From contig CAVSOU010000010.1 in the NCBI GenBank assembly GCA_963729625.1, forward strand, positions 608,001 through 672,000: a stretch of 64,000 nt of DNA, given 5' to 3'. Positions within the stretch are counted from its first letter, which is position 1. Each line of letters begins with the position of its first letter. Position numbers and translations under genes: made by a program. This DNA is from an uncultured bacterium. Its GTDB lineage: Bacteria; Chloroflexota; UBA5177; JANWHV01. Positions 21,369 through 31,280 of the stretch are shown piece after piece. A model generated the notes under the pieces. The model was not told where the DNA came from, searched no databases, and saw only the letters and a list, made by a program, of their open reading frames with translations.

Positions 21369-22463
21369 TTACTTGCCCATCAGCGGTTTGTCGTGGAGGA
21401 GCGCGCCAAAGGCCGCGGCGGCGCTTGCAGGGTCCTTGGCCACTTGCCAAAGATGCACGTACGGGCCAATGTTGGCCTTCGTCACCACCGGGCTGGCCTG
21501 CGGGACGAAGGATGGGAACTTCTTTCCTTTCAGCAACTCGTGGATGATCTGGACCGACTCGTAACCCCAGCCCCAATAGTCCTGCCCGACCAGCGCCGCG
21601 ATCTGGCCCCTTTGCACCCAGGGAAGCTCCGGCGCCAGGTAGTCGAAGGAAACGACCTTGAGGCCGGCCTTGGTGGCTTTGGTCAAGTTAGGCAACGTGG
21701 CATTGGTGAACAGCGCCCAACCACCGACCCAAATCATGGCGGTAAGGTCGGGGTACTTGGTGACGGCGAGCTCGATGTCCTGGATACAGATTTGCGCGGA
21801 GTCATTGGCAGCGTATGCGGTCTCCACGATTGTGAGGTTCTTCGCCAGCGCATTCTTGACGCCCGCGACGCGCTTGTTAAGGTTGTCCGCTCCCGGATCG
21901 CCGCTCAGCACCCACACTTTGCCCGGCTTGCCGGCAGCCCACCCGTTGACGAGCTTGGATTCAAGCTGGCCGCACGCGTAGCCATCCACGCCGTAGAAAA
22001 CCGGACGCTTGCTATCGGGGGAGTCGGAGTCCCAGGTCATCACCGTGATGCCCTTGCTGATGGCATAATCGATCGGCTGCTTCAACGGCCCAGGCGCATT
22101 GCAGCTGATCCCGATCCCGTCGTAACCGGCGGCGATCAGGCCATCGACCACCGTCACCTGTGGTGCAGCATCGGACACCGCGGATCCGGTATACGTGAAG
22201 TCGACGTCTCCCAGCTCCTTCGCGCGCCAGGCGCCGCCCCAGTTGGCGGTGTTAAATACCGGGTTGTCCAGCCCCTTCGGGATAATGGCGATGCGATACT
22301 TCTTGCTGATAGTGGCCGGGGCGGCCATCGTGCCGCGCGGCCAAGCGGCGGTGACCGCCAGCCCGGCGGCTGCCACGGCGCCGGCCTTGAGCATGCCGGC
22401 ACGGCTGACCTTAGCGCCCAAAGGGCTTACAACTGCCTCGTCACGAGTCAAATCATCGGCCAT
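21369..22463 (-). CDS. Sugar ABC transporter substrate-binding protein (RbsB-like)
   Basis: Tat-like leader; KGLDNPVF, MTWDSDSP, VGQDYWGWGY. Confidence 0.9.
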   Translation of the reverse strand: MADDLTRDEAVVSPLGAKVSRAGMLKAGAVAAAGLAVTAAWPRGTMAAPATISKKYRIAIIPKGLDNPVFNTANWGGAWRAKELGDVDFTYTGSAVSDAAPQVTVVDGLIAAGYDGIGISCNAPGPLKQPIDYAISKGITVMTWDSDSPDSKRPVFYGVDGYACGQLESKLVNGWAAGKPGKVWVLSGDPGADNLNKRVAGVKNALAKNLTIVETAYAANDSAQICIQDIELAVTKYPDLTAMIWVGGWALFTNATLPNLTKATKAGLKVVSFDYLAPELPWVQRGQIAALVGQDYWGWGYESVQIIHELLKGKKFPSFVPQASPVVTKANIGPYVHLWQVAKDPASAAAAFGALLHDKPLMGK

Positions 22464-22719
22464 GATAACGTCTCCTCCATAGTCCTGTTCAACGAGCGTA
22501 CTCCACCGCGATCCGCGGCGTGAGCTTCCGTCACAGCGCCAGGTGTATGCCCTGCCGCTGCAACCGGGGTGGACTGCCTGAGCCCTACGTGTGCCGCGCC
22601 TCCTTCCTCACTTCACGCTCGCCTCCCGCTTCAACCGCGGCAGGCCGGCGACGTTCCGCTCCAGGCATCGCAGGGGCCGCGCCGAATTCCCCCGCGGCCA
22701 GATTACCAAGAAGCCAAAG

Positions 22720-23781
22720 TCAGACGCGACGCAGGCGGCGGCGCACCTGGTCCACCGTGACGGCAAGCAGGATCACGGCGCCGATCACCAGATCCTGCCA
22801 GTAGTTACCCCAGCCCAGTATCTCGAGCCCGTTCTGAATCAGCGCCAGCAACGCGGCACCGATCACCACGCCGAAGATGCTCCCCTCTCCGCCGGTCAGG
22901 CTCGCACCGCCGATGACCGCGGAGGCGATGCAGATCAGCTCGTCTCCCTGGCCGTTGTTGGGCAGCGCCGATCCTAACCGCGCCGTCAGCACCATACCGC
23001 CAATTGCCGAGAGCAATCCGGCCAGGATGTACATCATGAATTTGACGCGGTTGACTTTGATACCCAGGAGCCGCGCCGCGCTCTCATTGCCGCCCACGGC
23101 GAGGATGTGACGTCCCCATGTCGTATTGTTCAGGAAGAAGTGGCACAACACCGCCAGCGCCAACAGCAAGAAAACCGAGATAGGGATCGGCCCCCACGAA
23201 TTCTGACCAATGGCGTTGAACGTGGTGGCGCTGACGTTGGTCGGGGAGACAATCTGACCGCTGGGGATCCCAGTCGCGAGGCCGCGCAATGCGCTCAGCA
23301 TACCCAGGGTTACGATGAACGGCAGGAGCCGGACGAACGTGATCATGAAGGCGTTGACCATGCCAATCAGCGCGCCGGCACCAAGGCCGACGAGGATACA
23401 CAGACCAAGCGGCCAGCCGTTAGCGAGCGCCTCCGCGGTAACCAAGCCGACCAAGCCCATCGTCGAGCCCAACGAGAGGTCGATGCCGCCTCCGCAGAGC
23501 ACGATTGTCGATCCGAGCGCGGCGATGGCGATGTAGGAGAAGTCAATGCCGACCAAGGAGAGATTGTTCTGGGTAGGAAAGATAGTCGGGTATTCGATGG
23601 TGAGGTAGGCGCACAGGGCAATAATGAAGACCAGCACGCCAATCCACGGTATCATCAGCAGTCGCTGCGGTAGCGACAGGGTAGGCGCTAGCGCTGCTTC
23701 GATGTCGCCGTCACCGCCGAGAGGTAGATCTGCCCCCGGAATGGCACTGCCCTCAGTCACTGTCGAGCCTGGCCGAGCCAT
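22720..23781 (-). CDS. Sugar ABC transporter permease (RbsC-like)
   Basis: GGIDLSLGS, PFIVTLG, AVGGNESAARLLGI, AVIGGASLTGGEG. Confidence 0.93.
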   Translation of the reverse strand: MARPGSTVTEGSAIPGADLPLGGDGDIEAALAPTLSLPQRLLMIPWIGVLVFIIALCAYLTIEYPTIFPTQNNLSLVGIDFSYIAIAALGSTIVLCGGGIDLSLGSTMGLVGLVTAEALANGWPLGLCILVGLGAGALIGMVNAFMITFVRLLPFIVTLGMLSALRGLATGIPSGQIVSPTNVSATTFNAIGQNSWGPIPISVFLLLALAVLCHFFLNNTTWGRHILAVGGNESAARLLGIKVNRVKFMMYILAGLLSAIGGMVLTARLGSALPNNGQGDELICIASAVIGGASLTGGEGSIFGVVIGAALLALIQNGLEILGWGNYWQDLVIGAVILLAVTVDQVRRRLRRV

Positions 23782-24036
23782 CCTCCCGCCCCTCCCGTAT
23801 TCGGTAGGTATCCCCAGCAGCAGAAAACATCACACCCTGGCGTTATGCATCCAGAGTGCAATGGGGTTGGATCCGAATCCTGAAAGTCACCAGAAACCAC
23901 AAAGGCCGGATGAGACAGCTGAGTTGATACAACACGCTACACGATAAATGCAGCACAGAATCTACTGATGGGGATTAGATTATTCACTGTACTTACAAAT
24001 TTAGCGCTCCTGTTGGACCTAGCTTATACTACGCCG

Positions 24037-24226
24037 CCGCGGAGTGTCAACCAGGATGGGAAAGCCGTCCCAGACCCTTACCAACGTCAAGGAATCTCCG
24101 CTTGAAAGCGGGTGGCAGGGTTCTCGCCGGATAAAAACTGGCGAGGGCGGCAACCGCCACAGCCGGATTCATCCGGCCCATCGTTGCTTCCCGACCCTCC
24201 GGCTGGTACCCCGTTGAGCCGGAGGA
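24037..24226 (+). ncRNA. Putative structured non-coding RNA (family not recognised)
   Basis: TATACT -10 at 24025-30, long-range closing stem, four internal helices and a 3' hairpin; no credible ORF. Confidence 0.5.
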
Positions 24227-24231
24227 CGCAA

Positions 24232-25905
24232 TCAATGCGCGCGCCCGGCCCGGTACATGGAAACCAATATCCAGAGCCCGAGGACGAGGGCGCCCACCAG
24301 CCCGGCCGCGAACAGAAAGAGCAGAAACAGCGACCCGTGGGATGTCTCCACCACCTGGAGCAGCAGCGCCAGCCCCACGATGAACGCGGCCGCCAGGATG
24401 GTTACTGACAGCCTGTTCACCATGTGGTTGAGGTCGCGCATCAACGCCTCCATGCCTTCCGGCCGGACCGCCACGCCGATATCGCCACGCTCGACTCGAG
24501 CCAGCAGGCGCTGCGCGCGCTGAGGAAACGTGGTAGCCAGATCGAGCATGGCGCCAAGACTGAGCACCGCTGCCTGACCGTCGAGCTTGGGAAAGTACAG
24601 CCTCCGCATGGCGTTCTCGATGTAGGGCCGCGCCTCCTCTACCAGATGAAACTGCGGATCTAGCCGAGACCCAAGACCTTCGTGCATTGCGAGCGTCTTG
24701 GCCATCAGCGCGAGATCACCGCGCAACACGAGGCGGTGCCGGCGAGCAAGGCGGAACAGGTCCGCGAGCACCTTGCCCAGAGCAATGTCTTGCAGGCGAG
24801 CATCGTGATAGCGCCCCAGCACGCGCCGCATGTCCGCGCGCAACTCCTGGCTCCTGGTCCCTGTACGGGCCACGCCGAGGGCCATCAGGCCTTCAGCTAA
24901 CCCGTCCGCATCCTCACGTACCCAGGATGCCAGTAGCAGCAGCAGCTCGCGCCGCGTAGCGTCGTCCAGCACGCCCATGAGGCCAAAATCGACAATGCCA
25001 ATAGCACCGTCCCCGCGAATCAGGTAGTTGCCAGGATGTGGATCCGCGTGGAAATAGCCGTGATCGAATATCTGCTGGAGCACCGAGCCCGACAGCGCAC
25101 GCGCGATCCGGCACCGATCGACGCCAAGACGTACAAGCCCGGCAAGGTCACTGATCTTGATGCCGTCGATTCGTCCGAGCGTGAGGACGCGAGATGTCGT
25201 GAAGTCCCAGTGAACCGCGGGGACCACGAGGTTCGCGTCCTCGGATGCAAGGCGCGCGAATCGCTCGGCATTGCGAGCCTCATGCAGGTAGTCGACCTCC
25301 TCCCGCAAACCATCGGAGAACTGATCGACGGTTTCCTCGAGATTCCAGATGAGGGGCAGGTCGATTCGGGTCGCGGCGATACGCGAAAGGTTGTGGATGA
25401 TCTGGAGATCGAGCTCGATATCGGCGACAATGCCGGGCTTCTGCACTTTCACTGCCACACTCGTGCCATCGGCCAGTGTGGCGGCGTGAACCTGGCCAAT
25501 CGAAGCCGTGGCAAGGGGGACCGGGTCGAAGTAGGCGAACAGCTTGTCCGGTGGAGCGCCCAACTCCCGCTCGATCACTCCACAGACGGAGTCGAAGCCC
25601 ACGGGCGCGAGCGCATCCTGCAACGTGCTCAGCGCGGCGATGTATTCCTCCGGCAGCAGATCCGGACGTGTGCTCAATATCTGGCCGAGCTTGATAAAGG
25701 TGGTGCCAAGCTCTTCGAGCGCGTTGCGCAGTGACTGCGGCCGACCAAGGAGCCCAGCACGTCGCACGATGGGCAGCCGGCTATGCTGTACGAGCAGTCC
25801 GAAACCGTGGCGGGTCAGGACAGCAACGACATGCCGTTCGCGGCCCAGTCGGCTCCGCCGAGGCCCGGGACTCACGGTTGGAAGCGGCGGCTGAACCTGC
25901 TGCAT
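24232..25905 (-). CDS. ABC1/UbiB (AarF) family kinase
   Basis: FIKLGQILSTRPDLLP, ASIGQVH, VAVKVQ, FHADPHPGN, DFG; two C-terminal TM helices. Confidence 0.92.
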   Translation of the reverse strand: MQQVQPPLPTVSPGPRRSRLGRERHVVAVLTRHGFGLLVQHSRLPIVRRAGLLGRPQSLRNALEELGTTFIKLGQILSTRPDLLPEEYIAALSTLQDALAPVGFDSVCGVIERELGAPPDKLFAYFDPVPLATASIGQVHAATLADGTSVAVKVQKPGIVADIELDLQIIHNLSRIAATRIDLPLIWNLEETVDQFSDGLREEVDYLHEARNAERFARLASEDANLVVPAVHWDFTTSRVLTLGRIDGIKISDLAGLVRLGVDRCRIARALSGSVLQQIFDHGYFHADPHPGNYLIRGDGAIGIVDFGLMGVLDDATRRELLLLLASWVREDADGLAEGLMALGVARTGTRSQELRADMRRVLGRYHDARLQDIALGKVLADLFRLARRHRLVLRGDLALMAKTLAMHEGLGSRLDPQFHLVEEARPYIENAMRRLYFPKLDGQAAVLSLGAMLDLATTFPQRAQRLLARVERGDIGVAVRPEGMEALMRDLNHMVNRLSVTILAAAFIVGLALLLQVVETSHGSLFLLFLFAAGLVGALVLGLWILVSMYRAGRAH

Positions 25906-26093
25906 TGGCCTCGACTCCCATTGGCATTGTACTAGGGCTCACACAATTGACCAATCGTCACGACGCGTCGCGGGGCCCGAATGGGCACATGTCACGCGCG
26001 AACCGTCGATCACTGCCAAAGCACGTGCGCGATTTCCTTGCCGGCGGTACAACGTATAGCGGTGTCGGAACGTCTAGTCGAAAGGATGGCCAC

Positions 26094-26885
26094 GTGACCT
26101 CGGCGTGTATCTTGACAATAGACGTCGGGAACACCAACTCGGTCTTTGCCATCTTCGAAGGTGAAGAGCTGGTGGGAAGTTGGCGCTTGGCAACCGCAAC
26201 CGACCGAACGGCCGATGAGTACGCGGCCATGTTGATGCCGCTGCTGGCGAATGCGGGCCTGGACCACGAGGCGGTGACCGGCGCGGTCATCGCGAGTGTC
26301 GTGCCGCCCCTGACTGCCGTTATGGCCGAGCTTGTCGTCCGCTATTGGTCGGTTAGGCCTCTACTGGTAAGCCACGAGCTCCGCACCGGCTTCTCAATCA
26401 AGTACGACCGACCACGGGAAGTCGGCGCCGACCGCATCTGCGATGCGGTTGCCACGCGCATCCTCTACGGCACGCCGGCAATTATCATCGACTTTGGCAC
26501 GGCCACGACGTTCAACGCGATGGACGCAGCAGGTGACTATCTGGGCGGCGCCATTGCCCCCGGCATCAACATCTCGATGGAGGCTCTGGCTCGCTACGCC
26601 GCGCAACTCCAGCGCATCGAGCTGGCAGCCCCTCCGTCCGCGATTGGACGCAACACCGTGCACGCGATGCAGTCCGGCGTCTTTCTGGGCTACATAGGAC
26701 TTGTCGAGTCGATGACCAGACGATTCCAGGAGGAGCTGGGCGGCAGCGCGCGAGTTATTGCTACCGGCGGACGCTCGACTCTTCTTGGGCCTGCGATCCC
26801 GTGCATCGAAGTGATCGATCCGCTTCTCACCGTCAAAGGTCTACGATACATCTGGGATCTGAACCAGCCCGTACCGGAGCTCTAG
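26094..26885 (+). CDS. coaX: Type III pantothenate kinase
   Basis: IDVGNTN, VGADR, DFGTATT, GGAIAPG; GTG start after AAAGGA. Confidence 0.95.
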   Translation: MTSACILTIDVGNTNSVFAIFEGEELVGSWRLATATDRTADEYAAMLMPLLANAGLDHEAVTGAVIASVVPPLTAVMAELVVRYWSVRPLLVSHELRTGFSIKYDRPREVGADRICDAVATRILYGTPAIIIDFGTATTFNAMDAAGDYLGGAIAPGINISMEALARYAAQLQRIELAAPPSAIGRNTVHAMQSGVFLGYIGLVESMTRRFQEELGGSARVIATGGRSTLLGPAIPCIEVIDPLLTVKGLRYIWDLNQPVPEL

Positions 26886-26887
26886 CC

Positions 26888-27718
26888 GTGATTGTCGAAG
26901 CACATGCCAAGCTCAACCTGACGCTCGAAGTGCTGGGGAAGCGTTCCGATGGTTACCACGAGATTCGCTCCGTGATGCGTTCCCTGGCGTTGCACGACCT
27001 CATCGAGATCGATCTGGCGCCGGAAATCGACGTCGCGTGTGACGTCGAAGGGCTCAGCGGGGCAGACAACCTGGCATTTCATGCTGCCGAGCTGCTTCGT
27101 GACGCGACCGGCACGTCGCTCGGTGCGCGTATAGCCATCCGCAAGCTGATACCGGTGGCGGCCGGTCTCGGCGGCGGGAGCAGTGATGCCGCTGCCACGC
27201 TGAGAGCGCTGAACAGACTGTGGCAGACCCACGTCAGCGCTGACGAGCTCGCCGCGCTCGCGGCTGAACTCGGAACGGACGTGCCGTACTTTCTTATGGG
27301 CGGGACCGCACTCGCCAGGGGCCGCGGAGACGAGGTCTCACGGCTCCCAGACCAGAGCGACTGCCAGGTGGTGCTGGTCAACCCGGGATTCGGCGTTTCA
27401 ACCGCTGAGGTCTATGAGGGCGTAACGTCGGCAATGTATACGTCCGGTGAGGCGAGCTCGCGATTCGCCGAGCTGCCGGCCAACTCCCCGGTGGCGCTTT
27501 GGCCCCTGGTCAACGCGCTTCATGCGGTGACAATCGCCATACGACCCGAAGTTGCCGAGATCCTGGAGTACATGCAGTCCTGGGGCGCGATCCAGACCCA
27601 GATGTGCGGGAGCGGACCGACCTGTTTCGGGCTGTTCGTCGAGCCTGCGCGCGCGACCGCGGCGGTGCACGCGGCGGAAACCCACCACTGGAAGGCGTGG
27701 CACACCCACTTCATCTAA
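26888..27718 (+). CDS. ispE: 4-diphosphocytidyl-2-C-methyl-D-erythritol kinase
   Basis: AKLNLTLEV, DGYHEI, PVAAGLGGGSSDAA, MCGSGPT. Confidence 0.95.
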   Translation: MIVEAHAKLNLTLEVLGKRSDGYHEIRSVMRSLALHDLIEIDLAPEIDVACDVEGLSGADNLAFHAAELLRDATGTSLGARIAIRKLIPVAAGLGGGSSDAAATLRALNRLWQTHVSADELAALAAELGTDVPYFLMGGTALARGRGDEVSRLPDQSDCQVVLVNPGFGVSTAEVYEGVTSAMYTSGEASSRFAELPANSPVALWPLVNALHAVTIAIRPEVAEILEYMQSWGAIQTQMCGSGPTCFGLFVEPARATAAVHAAETHHWKAWHTHFI

Positions 27719-27765
27719 TGCGCCGCATCTGTGACCAACAGCCCCCGACAGAACGCTCCGGCCGC

Positions 27766-29556
27766 TCAAGAGCGATCCGGAATGACGGTTCTCACCCACA
27801 GCTCGTCGAGCTGTTCCTGCGGCACCAGCGACGGCGCGCCGGCCATCATGTCCTGAGCACTCTGGTTTTTCGGGAAGGCAATGACGTCACGAATGTTTGT
27901 CGTGTCCCGAAGCAAGCCCACAAGGCGATCCACGCCGCCGGCGATCCCGCCGTGGGGTGGGGTTCCATACTCAAACGCCTCAAGCATGAATCCGAACCGA
28001 TCCTGAACCTCCGCCGCGCTCATGCCAAGCAGCTTGAACACGCGCTCCTGCACTTCCCGGCGATGAATCCTGATGCTGCCTCCGGCGACTTCGAAACCAT
28101 TACAAACCAAGTCGTACTGCTTCGCCCGCACGCTCAAGGGGTCCGACTCCAACAGTGCAACGTCCTCGTCATTGGGGCTGGTGAACTGATGGTGCTTGGC
28201 GGCAACAGTACCATCTTCGAGCGCTTCGAACGCGGGCATATCCAGTACCCAGGCAAGAGCCAGCACGTTTGGATCGGGCAGGTTGAGCTTGCGGCCGACG
28301 TCGAGCCTGAGATGGCCAAGCGCCTCCAGTGCCTTGTCCGCTACGTCCGCGACGATCAGCAGCAGATCGCCCGCGGTGGCCTGCATCCGCTCGCATGTCA
28401 GGCGTGACCGGGACGCGTCGATGAACTTTGCCGCCGCGCCCTTGAGACTTCCATCGTCCTGGATGGCAAGAGTTACCAGCCCGCGCGCGCCATGAGTGCG
28501 GGCCAGTGTCGTCAGCCCGTCGAGATCTTTTCGCGAGCTCGAGCCCAGGCCGGGCGCCCGCAAGCCCTTGATTGCTCCTCCGGAGGCCAATGCCCCGGCA
28601 AATACGCTGAACTCGCTCGCGGAAAAGATGTCCGAGAGGTCCTGCAACTCCAGGCCGAAGCGCAGGTCAGGCTTGTCCGACCCATACCGGTCCATTGCCT
28701 GGCGAAACGTCAGGCGCGGCAACGGTTCGGAGAGCAACCGCTTGGTGGACAGCTGTTTTGCGATCGCCGTGTAGAGACCCTCGAAGAGCTGGAGAATGTC
28801 CTCCTGCTCGACGAAGCTCATCTCGACGTCCAGTTGCGTGAACTCCGGCTGCCTGTCGGCGCGCTGATCCTCGTCGCGGAAACAACGCGCGATCTGGAAA
28901 TAGCGTTCGAATCCGGCCACCATCAGCATCTGCTTGAGCTGCTGAGGGGACTGGGGAAGCGCATAGAACTCGCCGGGATGTACGCGGCTGGGAACCAGGA
29001 AATCGCGCGCGCCACCGGGGGAGCTCTTGAACAGGATCGGCGTCTCGATTTCCACGAATCCGCGGGCGTCAAGGTAGTCGCGCATGAATTTCACGACCCT
29101 GTGCCGCGTTATAAGGTTCTCGCGCATGGTCTCGCGACGCAGGTCGAGGTACCGGTACCGCAGCCTCAGGGGTTCTTCTACAGGGACATCCTCGTTAATG
29201 TAAAACGGTGGCGTCTTCGATGGATTCAAGATCTCGACGTGCAGGGCGTGCAGCTCGATCTCTCCGGTCGCAAGCTTGGTATTCTCAGTGCCTTCGGGGC
29301 GGGCGGCGACCGTGCCGGTTACTGCGAGCACGAACTCGCTGCGCACACTCTCCGCGACGGTATGAGCCGCGGGAGACATCTGCTGATCGACTACCACTTG
29401 GGTAATGCCCCAGCGGTCCCGAACGTCGAGAAAGATGAGATGCCCCTGGTCGCGGCGGCGATTGAGCCACCCTTGCACCGTGGCCACGTGGCCAACATCT
29501 GCCTTTCGGAGTTCTCCACACGTTACAGTCTTATGTGCAGCCACTTTGGTGCGCAT
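27766..29556 (-). CDS. aspS: Aspartate--tRNA ligase
   Basis: RYRYLDLRR, GARDFLVPSR, ARCFRDED.RADRQPEFTQ, PPHGGIA.G.DR. Start ATG 29556 or GTG 29544. Confidence 0.97.
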   Translation of the reverse strand: MRTKVAAHKTVTCGELRKADVGHVATVQGWLNRRRDQGHLIFLDVRDRWGITQVVVDQQMSPAAHTVAESVRSEFVLAVTGTVAARPEGTENTKLATGEIELHALHVEILNPSKTPPFYINEDVPVEEPLRLRYRYLDLRRETMRENLITRHRVVKFMRDYLDARGFVEIETPILFKSSPGGARDFLVPSRVHPGEFYALPQSPQQLKQMLMVAGFERYFQIARCFRDEDQRADRQPEFTQLDVEMSFVEQEDILQLFEGLYTAIAKQLSTKRLLSEPLPRLTFRQAMDRYGSDKPDLRFGLELQDLSDIFSASEFSVFAGALASGGAIKGLRAPGLGSSSRKDLDGLTTLARTHGARGLVTLAIQDDGSLKGAAAKFIDASRSRLTCERMQATAGDLLLIVADVADKALEALGHLRLDVGRKLNLPDPNVLALAWVLDMPAFEALEDGTVAAKHHQFTSPNDEDVALLESDPLSVRAKQYDLVCNGFEVAGGSIRIHRREVQERVFKLLGMSAAEVQDRFGFMLEAFEYGTPPHGGIAGGVDRLVGLLRDTTNIRDVIAFPKNQSAQDMMAGAPSLVPQEQLDELWVRTVIPDRS

Positions 29557-29808
29557 CTCCTTGCTAGCCCTGCGCGAGGCCGGGCGATTCTCAATCACGT
29601 CACTACCGGCACACCGGCGACCTACCGGGACCACTGCGCCGGTACCGCCTTATTACAGTTGTGATAGCATCCGCGCAGCCCGCTCACGTCTGGATTCCTG
29701 AGCCAGCTTTCGCCACGATGCGGACGGCACATCAGGCCAAGCCTGTGCGCTCGTTTGGGCGTTGCCTTAAGCCTACCGCAGCGACATGCCGGAGGGAAAA
29801 CCCGGCTA

Positions 29809-30174
29809 TCAGGCGGCTCGCGCTGAGCGACCCGCTGACTCAGGCGCAGGCGCGACGGATTCGGCCACCCTCGGGGCTTGCGCAGCATGGGGCCAGTGCG
29901 TCGCCCGATGAAGCGCCGCCTTAAAGCCGCGCCAGAAACTTGTAGTGCGGATAACTGGCGACGCTGCGACGTTCAGGCCCTTGTCGAGCACACCCTCGTA
30001 TTTGCGCGTGGCCCACACGATCTTCTCGTGCACTGCCTTCATATGCTTCAGGACCCACCACAGGCCAAAGGCAATGCCTAGATTAATCGCCACGACCAAA
30101 ATCAGCACGACGATAAGCTCGATGCAAACGATGGTCCCGCCTACGACACCGACAAAGTCATTGATGGTGCCCAT
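29809..30174 (-). CDS. Hypothetical membrane protein
   Basis: Long N-terminal hydrophobic segment; 1-bp gap to the upstream gene. Confidence 0.6.
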   Translation of the reverse strand: MGTINDFVGVVGGTIVCIELIVVLILVVAINLGIAFGLWWVLKHMKAVHEKIVWATRKYEGVLDKGLNVAASPVIRTTSFWRGFKAALHRATHWPHAAQAPRVAESVAPAPESAGRSARAA

Positions 30175-30175
30175 G

Positions 30176-30502
30176 CTACGGCTCTCCCGCCGTCTCGCCT
30201 GGTTTGCGCGTGCGCTTCAGGCTGCGAGTGACACTCCCGGTCAACACTTGCACGGTCTTGGCCACGCCTGCCGTCACGCTGACGCTGGTAATCAGTGGTT
30301 TTACGAGGCCGCTGCTAACGAATTCGCTTGTCCCCTGCACGGTCTTCACAGTCTGCTGGGCCGAGCCGATTAGCGGCATGATCTCTTCCTTGATCTGCTT
30401 CACCAGATCGCGAATCTCCAGGGCTACCATCACCAGTAAGCCAAACGCGACGAGAGACAGGATCGCTGCAATGACGAGAAGCCAGCTGACAATGCCCGGC
30501 AT
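30176..30502 (-). CDS. DUF948/YoxC-like single-pass membrane protein
   Basis: SD AGGAG; TM helix followed by an amphipathic helical segment. Confidence 0.6.
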   Translation of the reverse strand: MPGIVSWLLVIAAILSLVAFGLLVMVALEIRDLVKQIKEEIMPLIGSAQQTVKTVQGTSEFVSSGLVKPLITSVSVTAGVAKTVQVLTGSVTRSLKRTRKPGETAGEP

Positions 30503-30802
30503 CTAGTGCTCTCCTCCTGACGCGGTGTCGAGTACAAGCCAAATCCTGTTCTTGGATTCTAGCACAGCCACGCCATTCACGTCGTGCCTTCAGGACATAC
30601 GTGATGGTGTGCCGGCAGTTGCCGGAAAACTGCCACAACTGCTACATTCACAACGCGCGTTCAGCGGCTGGGCGCGGCTTTTGGTGCTGGCTTGCGATGC
30701 GCGGCCAGGAGTTCTTCTCGCTTCGCTTGCCTCGATCAGGCGGACACCGGCCAGGTCGATTGAAGAGGCAGTCGGGGCTTGCCCAGGGGAAGGAGTGGTG
30801 TA

Positions 30803-31243
30803 TTGTTACGCGACTACGAGGTCACCTTCATAGTCAACACGGCGCTCGACGAAGAAGCAATTGCTGCGGTCGTGGAGCGAGTGAACCATCTGATCGGAAC
30901 CGGTGGAGGCAGCGTCACCGAGGTCCATGCGTGGGGCCGGAGACGTCTCGCGTATCCGATCGCGCACAATCGCGATGGCTTCTACGTTACGACCCGCTTC
31001 GCCATGCCGACAGAGGCCATGAGTGCGTTTGAAAACGATCTCAGGCTGAACGAGAACATTCTGCGACATGGAGCGTTCCGGCAGGACGAGGTGCCGATCA
31101 AGCCGGTACTGCCATTGTCTCCTGCCGCCGGCCCGGCAGCCGAATTCCGGCAGCCCGAGCTCGAAGCAGAGGATGTCGACGACATTTCCATGCTTCACGA
31201 CGAAAGCATCGATCCCGATCTTGTCCCTGCCGCCGAGGACTAG
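30803..31243 (+). CDS. rpsF: 30S ribosomal protein S6 with acidic C-terminal extension
   Basis: TTG start 7 nt after AAGGAG; RDYEVTFI, WGRRRLAYPI, ILRH. Confidence 0.95.
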   Translation: MLRDYEVTFIVNTALDEEAIAAVVERVNHLIGTGGGSVTEVHAWGRRRLAYPIAHNRDGFYVTTRFAMPTEAMSAFENDLRLNENILRHGAFRQDEVPIKPVLPLSPAAGPAAEFRQPELEAEDVDDISMLHDESIDPDLVPAAED

Positions 31244-31280
31244 CTCGCGCGGACCTAAGCTCTAATGGGGAGACGTGGCG

